From Candidatus Roizmanbacteria bacterium GW2011_GWC2_34_23 (GTDB lineage Bacteria > Patescibacteriota > Microgenomatia > UBA1406 > GWC2-37-13), in assembly GCA_000990305.1 (NCBI GenBank), contig LBPR01000002.1:8688-72687 (forward strand): DNA of 64,000 nucleotides. Direction: 5' to 3'. Below the pieces are notes generated by a model. The model had not been told where the DNA came from and did not search any database. It saw nothing but the letters and a program-made list of their open reading frames with translations. Positions 49,383 through 58,286 of the stretch are shown here, piece after piece. The stretch's first letter is position 1; the number at the start of each line of letters is the position of its first letter. A program made the translations under genes and the position numbers.

Positions 49383-49495
49383 ATAAGTTACGAAGTGCGG
49401 ATTTTTTCTCGATCACTTGTGCCCCAAAATATCTTCTATACCACCTAACTTATTTCACATTGAGCGAGAACTAAAAGACGCATTTCGTAACTTAT
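49383..49495. mobile_element. 113-bp element with 17-bp terminal inverted repeats (MITE-like)
   Basis: ATAAGTTACGAAGTGCG / CGCATTTCGTAACTTAT (16/17) plus inner inverted repeat. Confidence 0.45.
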
Positions 49496-49501
49496 TGGTA
49501 A

Positions 49502-50395
49502 TTATTCCTTAGCCGAATATTCAGAAGACACCCAACCTTCAGCAAACTCACCCGAAACTAATCCATCCCTATTATCATTGTATTTAATTTTAAACCAACC
49601 GGTTTTTTCGTCCAGAAATTCATATTTTTCTCCTGGTTTAACTTTGGCCGATTCGCTGGCATCAATTGCACCATCTACTCTGACTCTTAGCCAACCTTGA
49701 GGATTTTCTCGTATTGTGACATAGGTTTTATTGTCAGCACTGGCACTGCTGCTAGCCGTTTTTGTTTTATCATCTGATTCTTTAGCAAATGATGAGCTTT
49801 GGTCAATCGCTAATTTAAAGGAGGCATTAACCCGAAAACCTGGATCAACATTAATCTTTTGTGTTCTACGGAAAAATCCCGGCATAAAAACTGACAGTTC
49901 ATGATCTCCCCTTGTAACGTTTTCCATTAAGGCCGGAGCCACACCTTTTTCATCGCTGTCTAAAGTAACGATTGCTCCTTGAGGCTCTGTTTCTACATAA
50001 ATTTCTCCGAATTGAGCATTTGACGGTTTTTTAGTCATCTTGACTGTTGTAAATATCTCACCGGCTGACGCAATATCCGACGAACCTAATTCACGATTAA
50101 CATAAGTAAGCGAGTTTTTATAAATATTTATTTTACCGTTCCAAGATGCCGTATCAGTAGCATTTGTTTCCGGAATTAACTTTAATAAATATTCTCCTAC
50201 CTTATATTTATCTTCAAAAGGTGTTTTACCAGCGAATGTACTGTTAATAAAAATACTGGCTGTAGGTGAGGAAATTATTTTGATTTTTCCATATTCATTT
50301 TGTTTATCTAAAATAAAAAACCGCACTACTACAAACGCCACAAATAAAAGAACTAAAATTAAAAGCAGTGATAATTTATTCTTTACATTCGTCAT
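49502..50395 (-). CDS. PEGA-domain plus SH3-like membrane-anchored protein
   Basis: TM, ISSPTASIFIN..GKTP, TEPQGAIV, C-terminal WLRVR..GWFKI..GWVS. Confidence 0.75.
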   Translation of the reverse strand: MTNVKNKLSLLLILVLLFVAFVVVRFFILDKQNEYGKIKIISSPTASIFINSTFAGKTPFEDKYKVGEYLLKLIPETNATDTASWNGKINIYKNSLTYVNRELGSSDIASAGEIFTTVKMTKKPSNAQFGEIYVETEPQGAIVTLDSDEKGVAPALMENVTRGDHELSVFMPGFFRRTQKINVDPGFRVNASFKLAIDQSSSFAKESDDKTKTASSSASADNKTYVTIRENPQGWLRVRVDGAIDASESAKVKPGEKYEFLDEKTGWFKIKYNDNRDGLVSGEFAEGWVSSEYSAKE

Positions 50396-50426
50396 GATTA
50401 CATTCTAGGCGAGTTTAATAAACATT

Positions 50427-51296
50427 TCAACCTAACTTAATTAGAATTACACCTAATAACATAATTAAACATCCTAACCAAACCCCACTTTTCGGCTTAT
50501 CTCCAAGAAATAACCAACCTATAACCAACACAAAAATCACCTCCAATTTTTTTATTCCGGAAACTAATGCTATTGCTCCGGTTGTAATTCCATACAACCA
50601 AAATAAATTTAGGAGTACATAAACGATACCATTTAAAAAAAGGATCCAAAAATTTACCTTTAAATCTTTAATCCAATTTATGTTTCTTTTTGACATATAA
50701 ACTCCGATCAATACTGCGGTCATGACATTTTCTACTAAAAGTAAAAATGACTGATTAACCGGTTTAATATTAATTAATCCGGTCTTATCGAAGATAGTCG
50801 TTACGGTCATTATAAAAGTGGCAAATAGATACATAAAAGCATTTTTGTTAGTAAACAATAATTTAAAAGGTCTTAAAAAATCCTCTTTTGCCTCCTCAAT
50901 TTTTAGCGTATATCCTCCGATTACTATTAAAATTAATCCAATAATCGGAATTAATTCAATGGATTCAGAAAAAAATATTAAGGCGAAAATATATTGAAAA
51001 AATACAGCAAAAAAAACAAGGGGAACGATTTCTGACATCAAGCTACCTTTCAGTGATTTTAACGCAAGTGTTTTTGCATAAGCAAAACCAATAACCGAAG
51101 CGGTTACGGCAAACCAAAATAACAAATTAACATTTGGCCAACCGTCTTTAAAAGCAGGATAAATAAGAAAAGGAATAGAAAAGGCAAACAAAGACCAAGA
51201 AACAAGAGAAGCATTAATATTTTTCAAAGCTCTCTTATTAAGAATTATTGAGACTGCTGAGACCAATGCTGATAATAATGCGTACCAAAACCACAT
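50427..51296 (-). CDS. EamA/DMT-family transporter
   Basis: About ten TMs in two repeats. Confidence 0.8.
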   Translation of the reverse strand: MWFWYALLSALVSAVSIILNKRALKNINASLVSWSLFAFSIPFLIYPAFKDGWPNVNLLFWFAVTASVIGFAYAKTLALKSLKGSLMSEIVPLVFFAVFFQYIFALIFFSESIELIPIIGLILIVIGGYTLKIEEAKEDFLRPFKLLFTNKNAFMYLFATFIMTVTTIFDKTGLINIKPVNQSFLLLVENVMTAVLIGVYMSKRNINWIKDLKVNFWILFLNGIVYVLLNLFWLYGITTGAIALVSGIKKLEVIFVLVIGWLFLGDKPKSGVWLGCLIMLLGVILIKLG

Positions 51297-51318
51297 ATTT
51301 TTATGTACAGTTAATTAA

Positions 51319-52002
51319 TTAACTAGTCATTATAATTTTTTGATCAAATTCTTCTAAAGATTTTATTTGATAATCAGGCTTAATATTTTTTGGAAGTACA
51401 GAATGTTTTGAAGGAACCAATAAAATTTTTAAGCCTGCTTCATATGCTGCCACAACTCCATTTTCTGTATCTTCAATAACTAGGCACTCATTTTTACTGA
51501 ATTGTCCAAAATTATCATTTAGATATTTGAATGCCATTTCATAGCATTCTGAGTTTGGCTTGCTTTGCTGAACTTGATCCCCTGAAATAATGAAGTCGAT
51601 ATACTGTCTCAAATTAAACTGATTTAGAATTAAGTCAATATATTTCTTAGACCCTGATGAAACTATGGCAACAATTTCATTCATTTCTTTTAATTTTTTT
51701 ACTAAATAAATTGCGCCAGGATATATAGTCATTTCTTTTTTTACTAAATTAAGAAAAATGTTTTCTCTTATTTTTATCAATTCTGTTGCCGGAAGTTCTT
51801 TTTCAGAAATATTAGAACAATCTCTTTTTATTATTAAAATATCTGATACTCTTCTACCAATGAAATCAATGTCTTTAACTTTTTTTTGAATTGAATTGTA
51901 GTCGTAACCAAATTTTTCAAAAGCCAACTGATTTGCTTTTAAATGCAGTGGCAAAGAATCAACAAGAGTGTCATCTAAATCAAAAAAAATCGCCTTGATC
52001 AT
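51319..52002 (-). CDS. HAD-family phosphatase
   Basis: FDLDDTLVDS, SKP, IEDTENG. Confidence 0.9.
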   Translation of the reverse strand: MIKAIFFDLDDTLVDSLPLHLKANQLAFEKFGYDYNSIQKKVKDIDFIGRRVSDILIIKRDCSNISEKELPATELIKIRENIFLNLVKKEMTIYPGAIYLVKKLKEMNEIVAIVSSGSKKYIDLILNQFNLRQYIDFIISGDQVQQSKPNSECYEMAFKYLNDNFGQFSKNECLVIEDTENGVVAAYEAGLKILLVPSKHSVLPKNIKPDYQIKSLEEFDQKIIMTS

Positions 52003-52099
52003 TAATTAATAATATCAAATTTGGTCATTTATCTGCTATCATATAAAATGCCACTTCGCTATTAAAAATGGCATTCTGATAGCTTCGAGGCATAAACCA

Positions 52100-53797
52100 A
52101 TGATTAAAGACGAAATATTAAAAAACTTGGCTGAAGCTTTAGAGAAAATCAACGTCAAAGATGTCGTGCTTACTTTAGAAAAACCGGCTAATACTGATTT
52201 TGGTGATTATTCATCCTCCTTGCCTCTGAAACTAACCAAACAACTAAAGAAAAATCCTATGACAATTTCCGAGGAAATAGTTAAGAACTTTCCAAAGAAC
52301 GATTCTATAAAAAAGATTGAAATTGTTAAGCCGGGTTTTATTAACTTTTGGATTGCTGACGTACAGTTGATTAATCGATTGACAGAAGTTGTTGAAAAAA
52401 ATTTTATTTATCCAGAATATTATTTTGGAAAAAATAAAAAATTAATGATTGAGTTTGCCCACCCCAACACGCATAAGCTTTTTCATATTGGCCACTTAAG
52501 AAATATTTCAACGGGCGAAACATTGGTAAGAATACTTGAAGCAGTTGGCAATAAAGTAATTAGATCAAATTATGAGGGGGACGTCGGGCTTCATATTGCT
52601 AAATGCTTGTATGGTATAAAAAATTCAGAATTCATAATTCAGAATTCAGAATCTTTACAAAAGAAAATCGAATTTATAGGAAAGATGTATAGTACGGGAA
52701 CTAAAGCTTATGAAGATGATCCAAAAGCTAAAGAAGAAATATTAAAAATCAATAAGATGATTTACGAAAAAGACCCTAAGATTATGCCACTTTGGACTGA
52801 AACTCGTGCATGGAGTCTTGAATATTTTGAAGAAAATTACAAAAGATTTTACAGCCATTTTGATCGATATTATTTTGAAAGTGAATTTTACAAACGTGGT
52901 GTAGAAATTGTTAAACAATCTTTGAAAAAAGGTATTTTCGAAAAAAGCCAGGGGGCGATCATTTTTAATGGCAAAAAATATGGGCTGGACACTCGAGTTT
53001 TTATCAACTCACTTGGCTTTCCTACTTATGAAGGAAAAGAATTGGCACTGGCCGAAAAAGAATTTTCTGATTTTGGAGAACTAGATAAAATCATCCATAC
53101 TGTGACACCTGAACAGACTAGTTTTTTTAAGGTCACTTTTAAAGTTGAGGAATTAATTGACGAAAAAAAATATAAAAATAAACAGTACCACCTTGCTTAT
53201 GAATGGGTAAAATTAAAGGCCGGAAAAATGTCCTCTCGGGAAGGTAATGTCATTGAAGCCAATTGGTTGATCGATGAAGTTAAGAAAAAAATTTCTGAAA
53301 AATTTAATTGTGATGAAGAAACAACGGAAATTCTTGCTGTTGCTTCTGTTAAATATTCTTTCTTAAAAAATGGCACCCAAACGATTATCCATTTTGATAT
53401 TGACGAATCAATCGCCGTCGATGGCAACTCCGCTCCTTACTTGATTTACACTTATGTTCGATGTCAATCAGTTTTAAATAAAGTAAAACATAACTCACAA
53501 AACTCTCTAAACTCGTTAAACTCTTTAATAATTAATACCGATGAATCAAACGTTTTACGACTAATTAACCAATTCCCCGAAATTGTTGAACAAGCGGCTA
53601 TTCAACTTGCTCCTAATTTAATCGCCAACTATCTCTATGATCTAGCCCAAAAATATAATTATTTTTATCAGAAAAATAAGATCCTGGAATCAGAAGAAAC
53701 AACCAAACAATTTAGACTGATGTTAACCCAAGCAACGGGAAAAGTGATTAAAGAAGGACTATATTTGCTGGGAATTAAGACTGTTGAAAAGATGTGA
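52100..53797 (+). CDS. argS: Arginine--tRNA ligase
   Basis: FGDYS, PGFINF, HPN..FHIGHLRN, KMSSREG, YTYVRC. Confidence 0.97.
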   Translation: MIKDEILKNLAEALEKINVKDVVLTLEKPANTDFGDYSSSLPLKLTKQLKKNPMTISEEIVKNFPKNDSIKKIEIVKPGFINFWIADVQLINRLTEVVEKNFIYPEYYFGKNKKLMIEFAHPNTHKLFHIGHLRNISTGETLVRILEAVGNKVIRSNYEGDVGLHIAKCLYGIKNSEFIIQNSESLQKKIEFIGKMYSTGTKAYEDDPKAKEEILKINKMIYEKDPKIMPLWTETRAWSLEYFEENYKRFYSHFDRYYFESEFYKRGVEIVKQSLKKGIFEKSQGAIIFNGKKYGLDTRVFINSLGFPTYEGKELALAEKEFSDFGELDKIIHTVTPEQTSFFKVTFKVEELIDEKKYKNKQYHLAYEWVKLKAGKMSSREGNVIEANWLIDEVKKKISEKFNCDEETTEILAVASVKYSFLKNGTQTIIHFDIDESIAVDGNSAPYLIYTYVRCQSVLNKVKHNSQNSLNSLNSLIINTDESNVLRLINQFPEIVEQAAIQLAPNLIANYLYDLAQKYNYFYQKNKILESEETTKQFRLMLTQATGKVIKEGLYLLGIKTVEKM

Positions 53798-53810
53798 TTG
53801 AACTATTTAC

Positions 53811-53880
53811 TATTACGAGTTTAGAGAGTTTGCGAGTTTATGTTTTAAACTCGTCAACTCGTTAACCCGTTAAATAAATT
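53811..53880. repeat. About 70-bp (GAGTT)n/(AACTC)n inverted array
   Basis: Near-identical to 56423-56494; inverted copy at 61684-61758. Confidence 0.85.
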
Positions 53881-53889
53881 AATAAATCA

Positions 53890-55179
53890 ATGTCATTTTT
53901 TATTTGTTCTGAATGTGGCTTTGGTTCCGGTTCTTGGATTGGCAAGTGTCCCGACTGTGGGAAATGGAATACACTGAAAGAAAAGCCCGAATTTGCCAAA
54001 AATTCTTCAAGTAAGAAGGGCGAAACCGTTAAAAAAATTACCATCACTTCCCTATCAAAAGTAAAAAGCTCAACTAAGTCAAGGCTCTCAACCGGCATAT
54101 TTGAATTTGATCGGGTATTGGGTGGTGGAGTCGTTCCAGGTGAGGTAATTTTGCTTACTGGTCAACCAGGAATTGGAAAATCAACACTCGTTCTTCAAGC
54201 TTTTCAAAAACTTAAAGTGCTTTATATCTCCGGCGAAGAATCGGCTGAACAGGTAAAAAATCGGGCCGAAAGACTTTCTGTTGACCTTGATAATCTTTCA
54301 TTTTCTGCAGATCTACAGATAGAAAGTATCATTCAAAGCTTAGAAGAATTAAAAGATGAAATTGAAATTATTATTATTGATTCTGTCCAAACCATCTATT
54401 CAAAAGATATTGGAGGACCGGTCGCCGGTGTCAGTCAGCTAAAAGAAGTGACTAAAAAAATTATTAATTTTGCCAAACAATCTAAATTGTCCGTTTTGTT
54501 AATCGGTCATATTAACAAAGAAGGCGATGTGGCCGGACCAAAAACGTTGGAACATTTTGTCGACTGTGTACTAGAACTCGAAGGTGAAAAAGTTTCTAAC
54601 TTTAGGTTACTCCGTGCTTCAAAAAACAGATTTGGTTCGACTGACGAAATTGGAATTTTTGAAATGAAACAAAAGGGACTTAGTGAAGTTAAGAACCCAT
54701 TAGTTTTCTTAGAAACTGATAAAAAATTGGAGCCGGGAAAAGCCATTGTTGGCGTAGCGGAGGGAAAACGACCTTTCTTTTTTGAAATTCAAACATTGGT
54801 TGTTCCCACCAGTTTTATGAATCCGCGTCGGGTCGTTAAAGGCTTGGACTATAACAAAGTTCTATTATTATTGGCAGTTATTAGAAAAAATTTAAATCTC
54901 CCTCTTGACCGTTTTGATGTTTTTGTTAACGTCGTCGGCGGCGTCTCGATCAAATCAACCGGAGCTGATCTTGGCTTTATTGCTTCATTAATTTCATCAT
55001 TCAAAAATATTGCCCTACCAGCCAATTCTCTCTTTGTTGGCGAAGTTGGGTTACTTGGTGAAATTCGACCAACCCACATGGAAGAAAAAATTATCGAAGA
55101 GTCAAAGCGTCTAGGATTTAAAAAAATTTATTCTTCAAAGTTAATAAATAATGTAAAAGAATTTGCAAAGAAATTATAG
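53890..55179 (+). CDS. radA: DNA repair protein RadA/Sms
   Basis: C4 zinc finger, GQPGIGKST, KNRFG. Confidence 0.96.
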   Translation: MSFFICSECGFGSGSWIGKCPDCGKWNTLKEKPEFAKNSSSKKGETVKKITITSLSKVKSSTKSRLSTGIFEFDRVLGGGVVPGEVILLTGQPGIGKSTLVLQAFQKLKVLYISGEESAEQVKNRAERLSVDLDNLSFSADLQIESIIQSLEELKDEIEIIIIDSVQTIYSKDIGGPVAGVSQLKEVTKKIINFAKQSKLSVLLIGHINKEGDVAGPKTLEHFVDCVLELEGEKVSNFRLLRASKNRFGSTDEIGIFEMKQKGLSEVKNPLVFLETDKKLEPGKAIVGVAEGKRPFFFEIQTLVVPTSFMNPRRVVKGLDYNKVLLLLAVIRKNLNLPLDRFDVFVNVVGGVSIKSTGADLGFIASLISSFKNIALPANSLFVGEVGLLGEIRPTHMEEKIIEESKRLGFKKIYSSKLINNVKEFAKKL

Positions 55180-55180
55180 T

Positions 55181-55207
55181 CTGGATTCCCGCCTCCGCGG
55201 GAATGAC
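55181..55207. repeat. dRS3-like ATTCCC-N8-GGGAAT hairpin between convergent genes
   Basis: CTGGATTCCCGCCTCCGCGGGAATGAC. Confidence 0.7.
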
Positions 55208-55208
55208 A

Positions 55209-55835
55209 TCATGGCGCCTTCTTAAAGAAAGTTTTTTCCACAATAGTTTTTTTTCCGTTGGCTCCAATAAGATTTATTATTAATTTGTTTTCTCCTTCAT
55301 TGAGCGAATATTCATAGGTGAATACCCCTTCTTTATTTTGATAAATTCTTTCCCCAGAAATTGTGACACTCGTATCTTTCTCAGTTTTTCCAGTAATTTT
55401 TATATTTTTTTCCACAGAAAAATTTGTTTTTGTTGGGGATAATAAAGTAAAACTTGGCGGAGAAAAGTAGGTTTTTAACTGAAAAACAAAATATAAAATA
55501 AAAAACAAAGTTAAAATTATTAAACCAAACTTTAATAACTTTTTTGTTCCCGAAGTTAAATAAGCGCTCGTTACTTTTCTTTTAAATCTTATTTCTTCCT
55601 TTTTTTCATAATCACGTCTAAAAAATGCCAGAACTTTTTTATGATCAAGATTCAAGACACGGGAATAGTTCTTGAGAATCCCTGTTATATAAATTTTAGA
55701 AGAAAAATAATTCCAATTTTCATCTTCAATTGCTTTTAAGTATTTTTCCCTTACCTTTATTTGCTTTTCAATATCAATTAGAAGTAAACCTTTTTTTTCC
55801 CTTTCATTTTTAAGAATTGTACCAACGGATAACAT
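55209..55835 (-). CDS. RodZ-like HTH membrane protein
   Basis: VGTILKNER..YLKAIE..YITGILKNY, TM, C-terminal beta domain; start reassigned. Confidence 0.75.
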   Translation of the reverse strand: MLSVGTILKNEREKKGLLLIDIEKQIKVREKYLKAIEDENWNYFSSKIYITGILKNYSRVLNLDHKKVLAFFRRDYEKKEEIRFKRKVTSAYLTSGTKKLLKFGLIILTLFFILYFVFQLKTYFSPPSFTLLSPTKTNFSVEKNIKITGKTEKDTSVTISGERIYQNKEGVFTYEYSLNEGENKLIINLIGANGKKTIVEKTFFKKAP

Positions 55836-55842
55836 AGCTTTA

Positions 55843-56403
55843 TTATACTCTTCCAGTATACTCTCCTGTCTCCGGATTAATACTGATTGTTTCCCCAACT
55901 TTGACAAATATTGGAACCATAACTGTGGCACCAGTTTCGACTTTAACGGGTTTTTTAGCCCCGGAAACCGTATCGCCTTTAGCCGCGTCATCTGCCTCAA
56001 CTATTTTTAGTCTAACACTCATCGGTGGACGAATTGTTAATGGTTTATCGTTATACATATAGACGAACATCTTCTCTCCCTCTTTAAAAAATCTGGAAAT
56101 ATCTCCAACAACAGAAATTGGGAGAGCCGACTGATTAAACGTTCTCTCATCCATAAAATATAGATTTTCCTGATCTTTATAAATATATTGCATATCAACT
56201 GAAGTGACGTCCAATACTTCTACTTGCTCATTGGATTTATAAGCATATTCAACGTTTTTAGCAGTAATAAGATTTTTTAATCTCGCTTTCATTAAGGCTG
56301 ATCCTTTTCCTGGTGAATAGAAGTCAGCTTTTTGAACTTGACAAATTGCACCTTGAAAAGTAACAAACTCCCCTTTTTTTAGATTACCGGCATTTATTCG
56401 CAT
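55843..56403 (-). CDS. efp: Elongation factor P
   Basis: SPGKGSA, KGDT, VPIFV. Confidence 0.96.
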   Translation of the reverse strand: MRINAGNLKKGEFVTFQGAICQVQKADFYSPGKGSALMKARLKNLITAKNVEYAYKSNEQVEVLDVTSVDMQYIYKDQENLYFMDERTFNQSALPISVVGDISRFFKEGEKMFVYMYNDKPLTIRPPMSVRLKIVEADDAAKGDTVSGAKKPVKVETGATVMVPIFVKVGETISINPETGEYTGRV

Positions 56404-56422
56404 ATTTAATTTTTATATTATT

Positions 56423-56494
56423 TATTACGAGTTTAGAGAGTTTAGCGAGTTTGTATTTTAAACTCGTCAACTCGTTAAGCTCGCTAAATAAATT
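56423..56494. repeat. (GAGTT)n/(AACTC)n inverted array
   Basis: Copy of 53811-53880. Confidence 0.85.
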
Positions 56495-57473
56495 AATCTA
56501 TAATATTTATAAGTTTTAGTTTATCAATAGAAGTCACATTTGCAAATATCATTACCAATCTTTCGAACCCAATTCCCGCTCCTGTGCAAAAAGGCAAACC
56601 ATATTTTAATGCTTTAATGAAGCTTTTGTCAATCGTATGATCAATCATTTTATTTTTTTTTCGCTTTTCTGATTCAGAAATAAATCTCTTTTCCTGCTCA
56701 TTATAATCATTCAATTCTGTACAAAAACCTCCGATCTCAAGACCATTTATATAGAACTCACATCTTTGAGCGGTTCGACCATCTTCGTTCAATTTAGCCA
56801 AAGAAGCCATTTGTTTTGGATAATTATAAAGTAAGGTCGGGTAACCACTAATTCCTAACTTTGGCTCTATTTCGGTTGCTAATATCTGGGAAAACAGATC
56901 TTCATAGGTGGTTTTTTCGATGTTGTATCCTTTTTCTTTTGCTTTGTTAAAAAACAATTTCTCGTCAAATAATTCTTCTTCATTTATTTTTGTAAATTTT
57001 AAGAATGCTTGAGCCACCGACATTTTTTCCCATTTTTTAAATGATATTTTTAATTTTTTATTTTCTATTTTGATATATTGAAGTAATTTCAGCACTTCAT
57101 CGGCCATTTCTAAATAATCTATACCTAATTTATAAAATTCTAGCATGGTGAATTCTGGACTGTGCCAATCAGAATTTGGCTCGCTATTTCTATAAGCCCG
57201 ACCGAGATAATAACAATTACCAACTCCAGTGACCAACAATCTTTTCAAGAATATTTCTGGCGAAGGTGTCAAATAAAGTTTTTCCTTTTTATCAAGATAA
57301 TTAAACTTGGTTTCAAAAATTTCAAGATAAGATTCAGGAATAAGTGCCGGAGACAAAACCGGTAGATCAACTTTAAGATAATTATTTTTATTCATAAATT
57401 CATGGACAGTTCGCTCGACCTGGAGATAGATTTTGTAGTTGTTTAAGTTCTTAATAGTTGTTTGTATTTTCAT
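56493..57473 (-). CDS. epmA: EF-P lysine aminoacylase (EpmA/GenX-like)
   Basis: LTPSPE, YRNSE..HSPEFTMLEFY, GAGIGFERL; no anticodon domain; adjacent to efp. Confidence 0.88.
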   Translation of the reverse strand: MKIQTTIKNLNNYKIYLQVERTVHEFMNKNNYLKVDLPVLSPALIPESYLEIFETKFNYLDKKEKLYLTPSPEIFLKRLLVTGVGNCYYLGRAYRNSEPNSDWHSPEFTMLEFYKLGIDYLEMADEVLKLLQYIKIENKKLKISFKKWEKMSVAQAFLKFTKINEEELFDEKLFFNKAKEKGYNIEKTTYEDLFSQILATEIEPKLGISGYPTLLYNYPKQMASLAKLNEDGRTAQRCEFYINGLEIGGFCTELNDYNEQEKRFISESEKRKKNKMIDHTIDKSFIKALKYGLPFCTGAGIGFERLVMIFANVTSIDKLKLINIID

Positions 57474-57538
57474 GTTGAAATTATACATTAGAAAAATATA
57501 TTGTTTCATTGTTCCATGGTTTCATTGTTTTCAATTTT

Positions 57539-57564
57539 GTAGGGGCTTGATTTATCAAGCCCTA
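57539..57564 (+). repeat. GTAG-type REP-like palindrome (family B variant)
   Basis: GTAG-GGGCTTGAT-TT-ATCAAGCCC. Confidence 0.8.
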
Positions 57565-57606
57565 AACATAAATCAAAAGCCTTGTGTCAGGTGATATAAT
57601 TTTTAA

Positions 57607-57835
57607 ATGGCAAGAGGGCAGTTTGAATCCAGGAGCAGTGAAATTAGAGAAGTAAAAGCTGAAGAAAATATTACTTCAAAGAGGGGTATTGCTAAGCATA
57701 TGCACAACATATTAAGAGTGATACTTAAAGATGGGTAATTATTTTAAAAAGGGAATTAAAATTGATTTGACACCTAAAGCTAAGAAAAATAGAGAAAAAG
57801 CAGCCGATGATTTGAAAAAAAAATATGATCTATAA
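57607..57835 (+). pseudogene. Probable degraded orphan ORF
   Basis: TGATATAAT-6 nt-ATG, 43 codons then stops, Lys-rich open continuation to about 57835. Confidence 0.3.
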
Positions 57836-57863
57836 TAATTTCAGTAATTTTTTCAAAACAAAA

Positions 57864-57901
57864 TCAAATCTCTTCCTCCAACTCCTTTAATAGTTCTTTT
57901 G
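57864..57901 (-). pseudogene. Orphan second 3' terminus of dnaJ
   Basis: 32/38 nt to 58287-58324; KELLKELEEEI* versus [11 protein letters not shown]. Confidence 0.88.
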
Positions 57902-57911
57902 ATGAATATTT

Positions 57912-58037
57912 TGGAACGATGAATCGTTCCACTACAGTTAATGATAATTCCTAATCTAAAAAAATAGTAGAGGTGCAATTTATTGCACAAAAAATCAGCA
58001 TTATTTAAAAATTCGTAGTGATTTGATTTATCAAACC
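57912..58037. repeat. Cluster of three GTAG-type REP-like palindromes
   Basis: 57912-57935 (minus, GTAG-TGGAACGAT-TC-ATCGTTCCA), 57967-57988, 58015-58037. Confidence 0.7.
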
Positions 58038-58066
58038 TTAATAATTTATATTTAAAGCATTATGCC

Positions 58067-58095
58067 TTGACAAGAAGAATAACTGAGTGTAGAAT
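58067..58095 (+). promoter_or_regulatory. Sigma70-type promoter
   Basis: TTGACA-17 nt-TAGAAT. Confidence 0.65.
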
Positions 58096-58106
58096 CTTAA
58101 AAACTT

Positions 58107-58286
58107 ATGACGACGCTAGGCTCTTTACCAAAAAAAATAAAAAATCCAGAAGGATTTGTTACACTTCCTGGTTCTGTATTTACTGCATTAGCTTTTGTTA
58201 ATAGTGGAAGAGTAAAGATCACTGAAGAATTAGCTAAAATATTAAAAAAAATGAAAGAGGGACGTATAAAAAATGAAAAAGAGTAA
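58107..58286 (+). CDS. Small hypothetical protein (59 aa), stop abuts the dnaJ stop
   Basis: MTTLGSLPKKIKNPEGFVTLPGSVFTALAFVNSGRVKITEELAKILKKMKEGRIKNEKE, own promoter. Confidence 0.55.
   Translation: MTTLGSLPKKIKNPEGFVTLPGSVFTALAFVNSGRVKITEELAKILKKMKEGRIKNEKE

Noticed and set aside
55836-56000. N-terminal extension of the RodZ-like ORF
   Set aside because: It overlaps efp in another frame; MLSVG at 55835 fits better.
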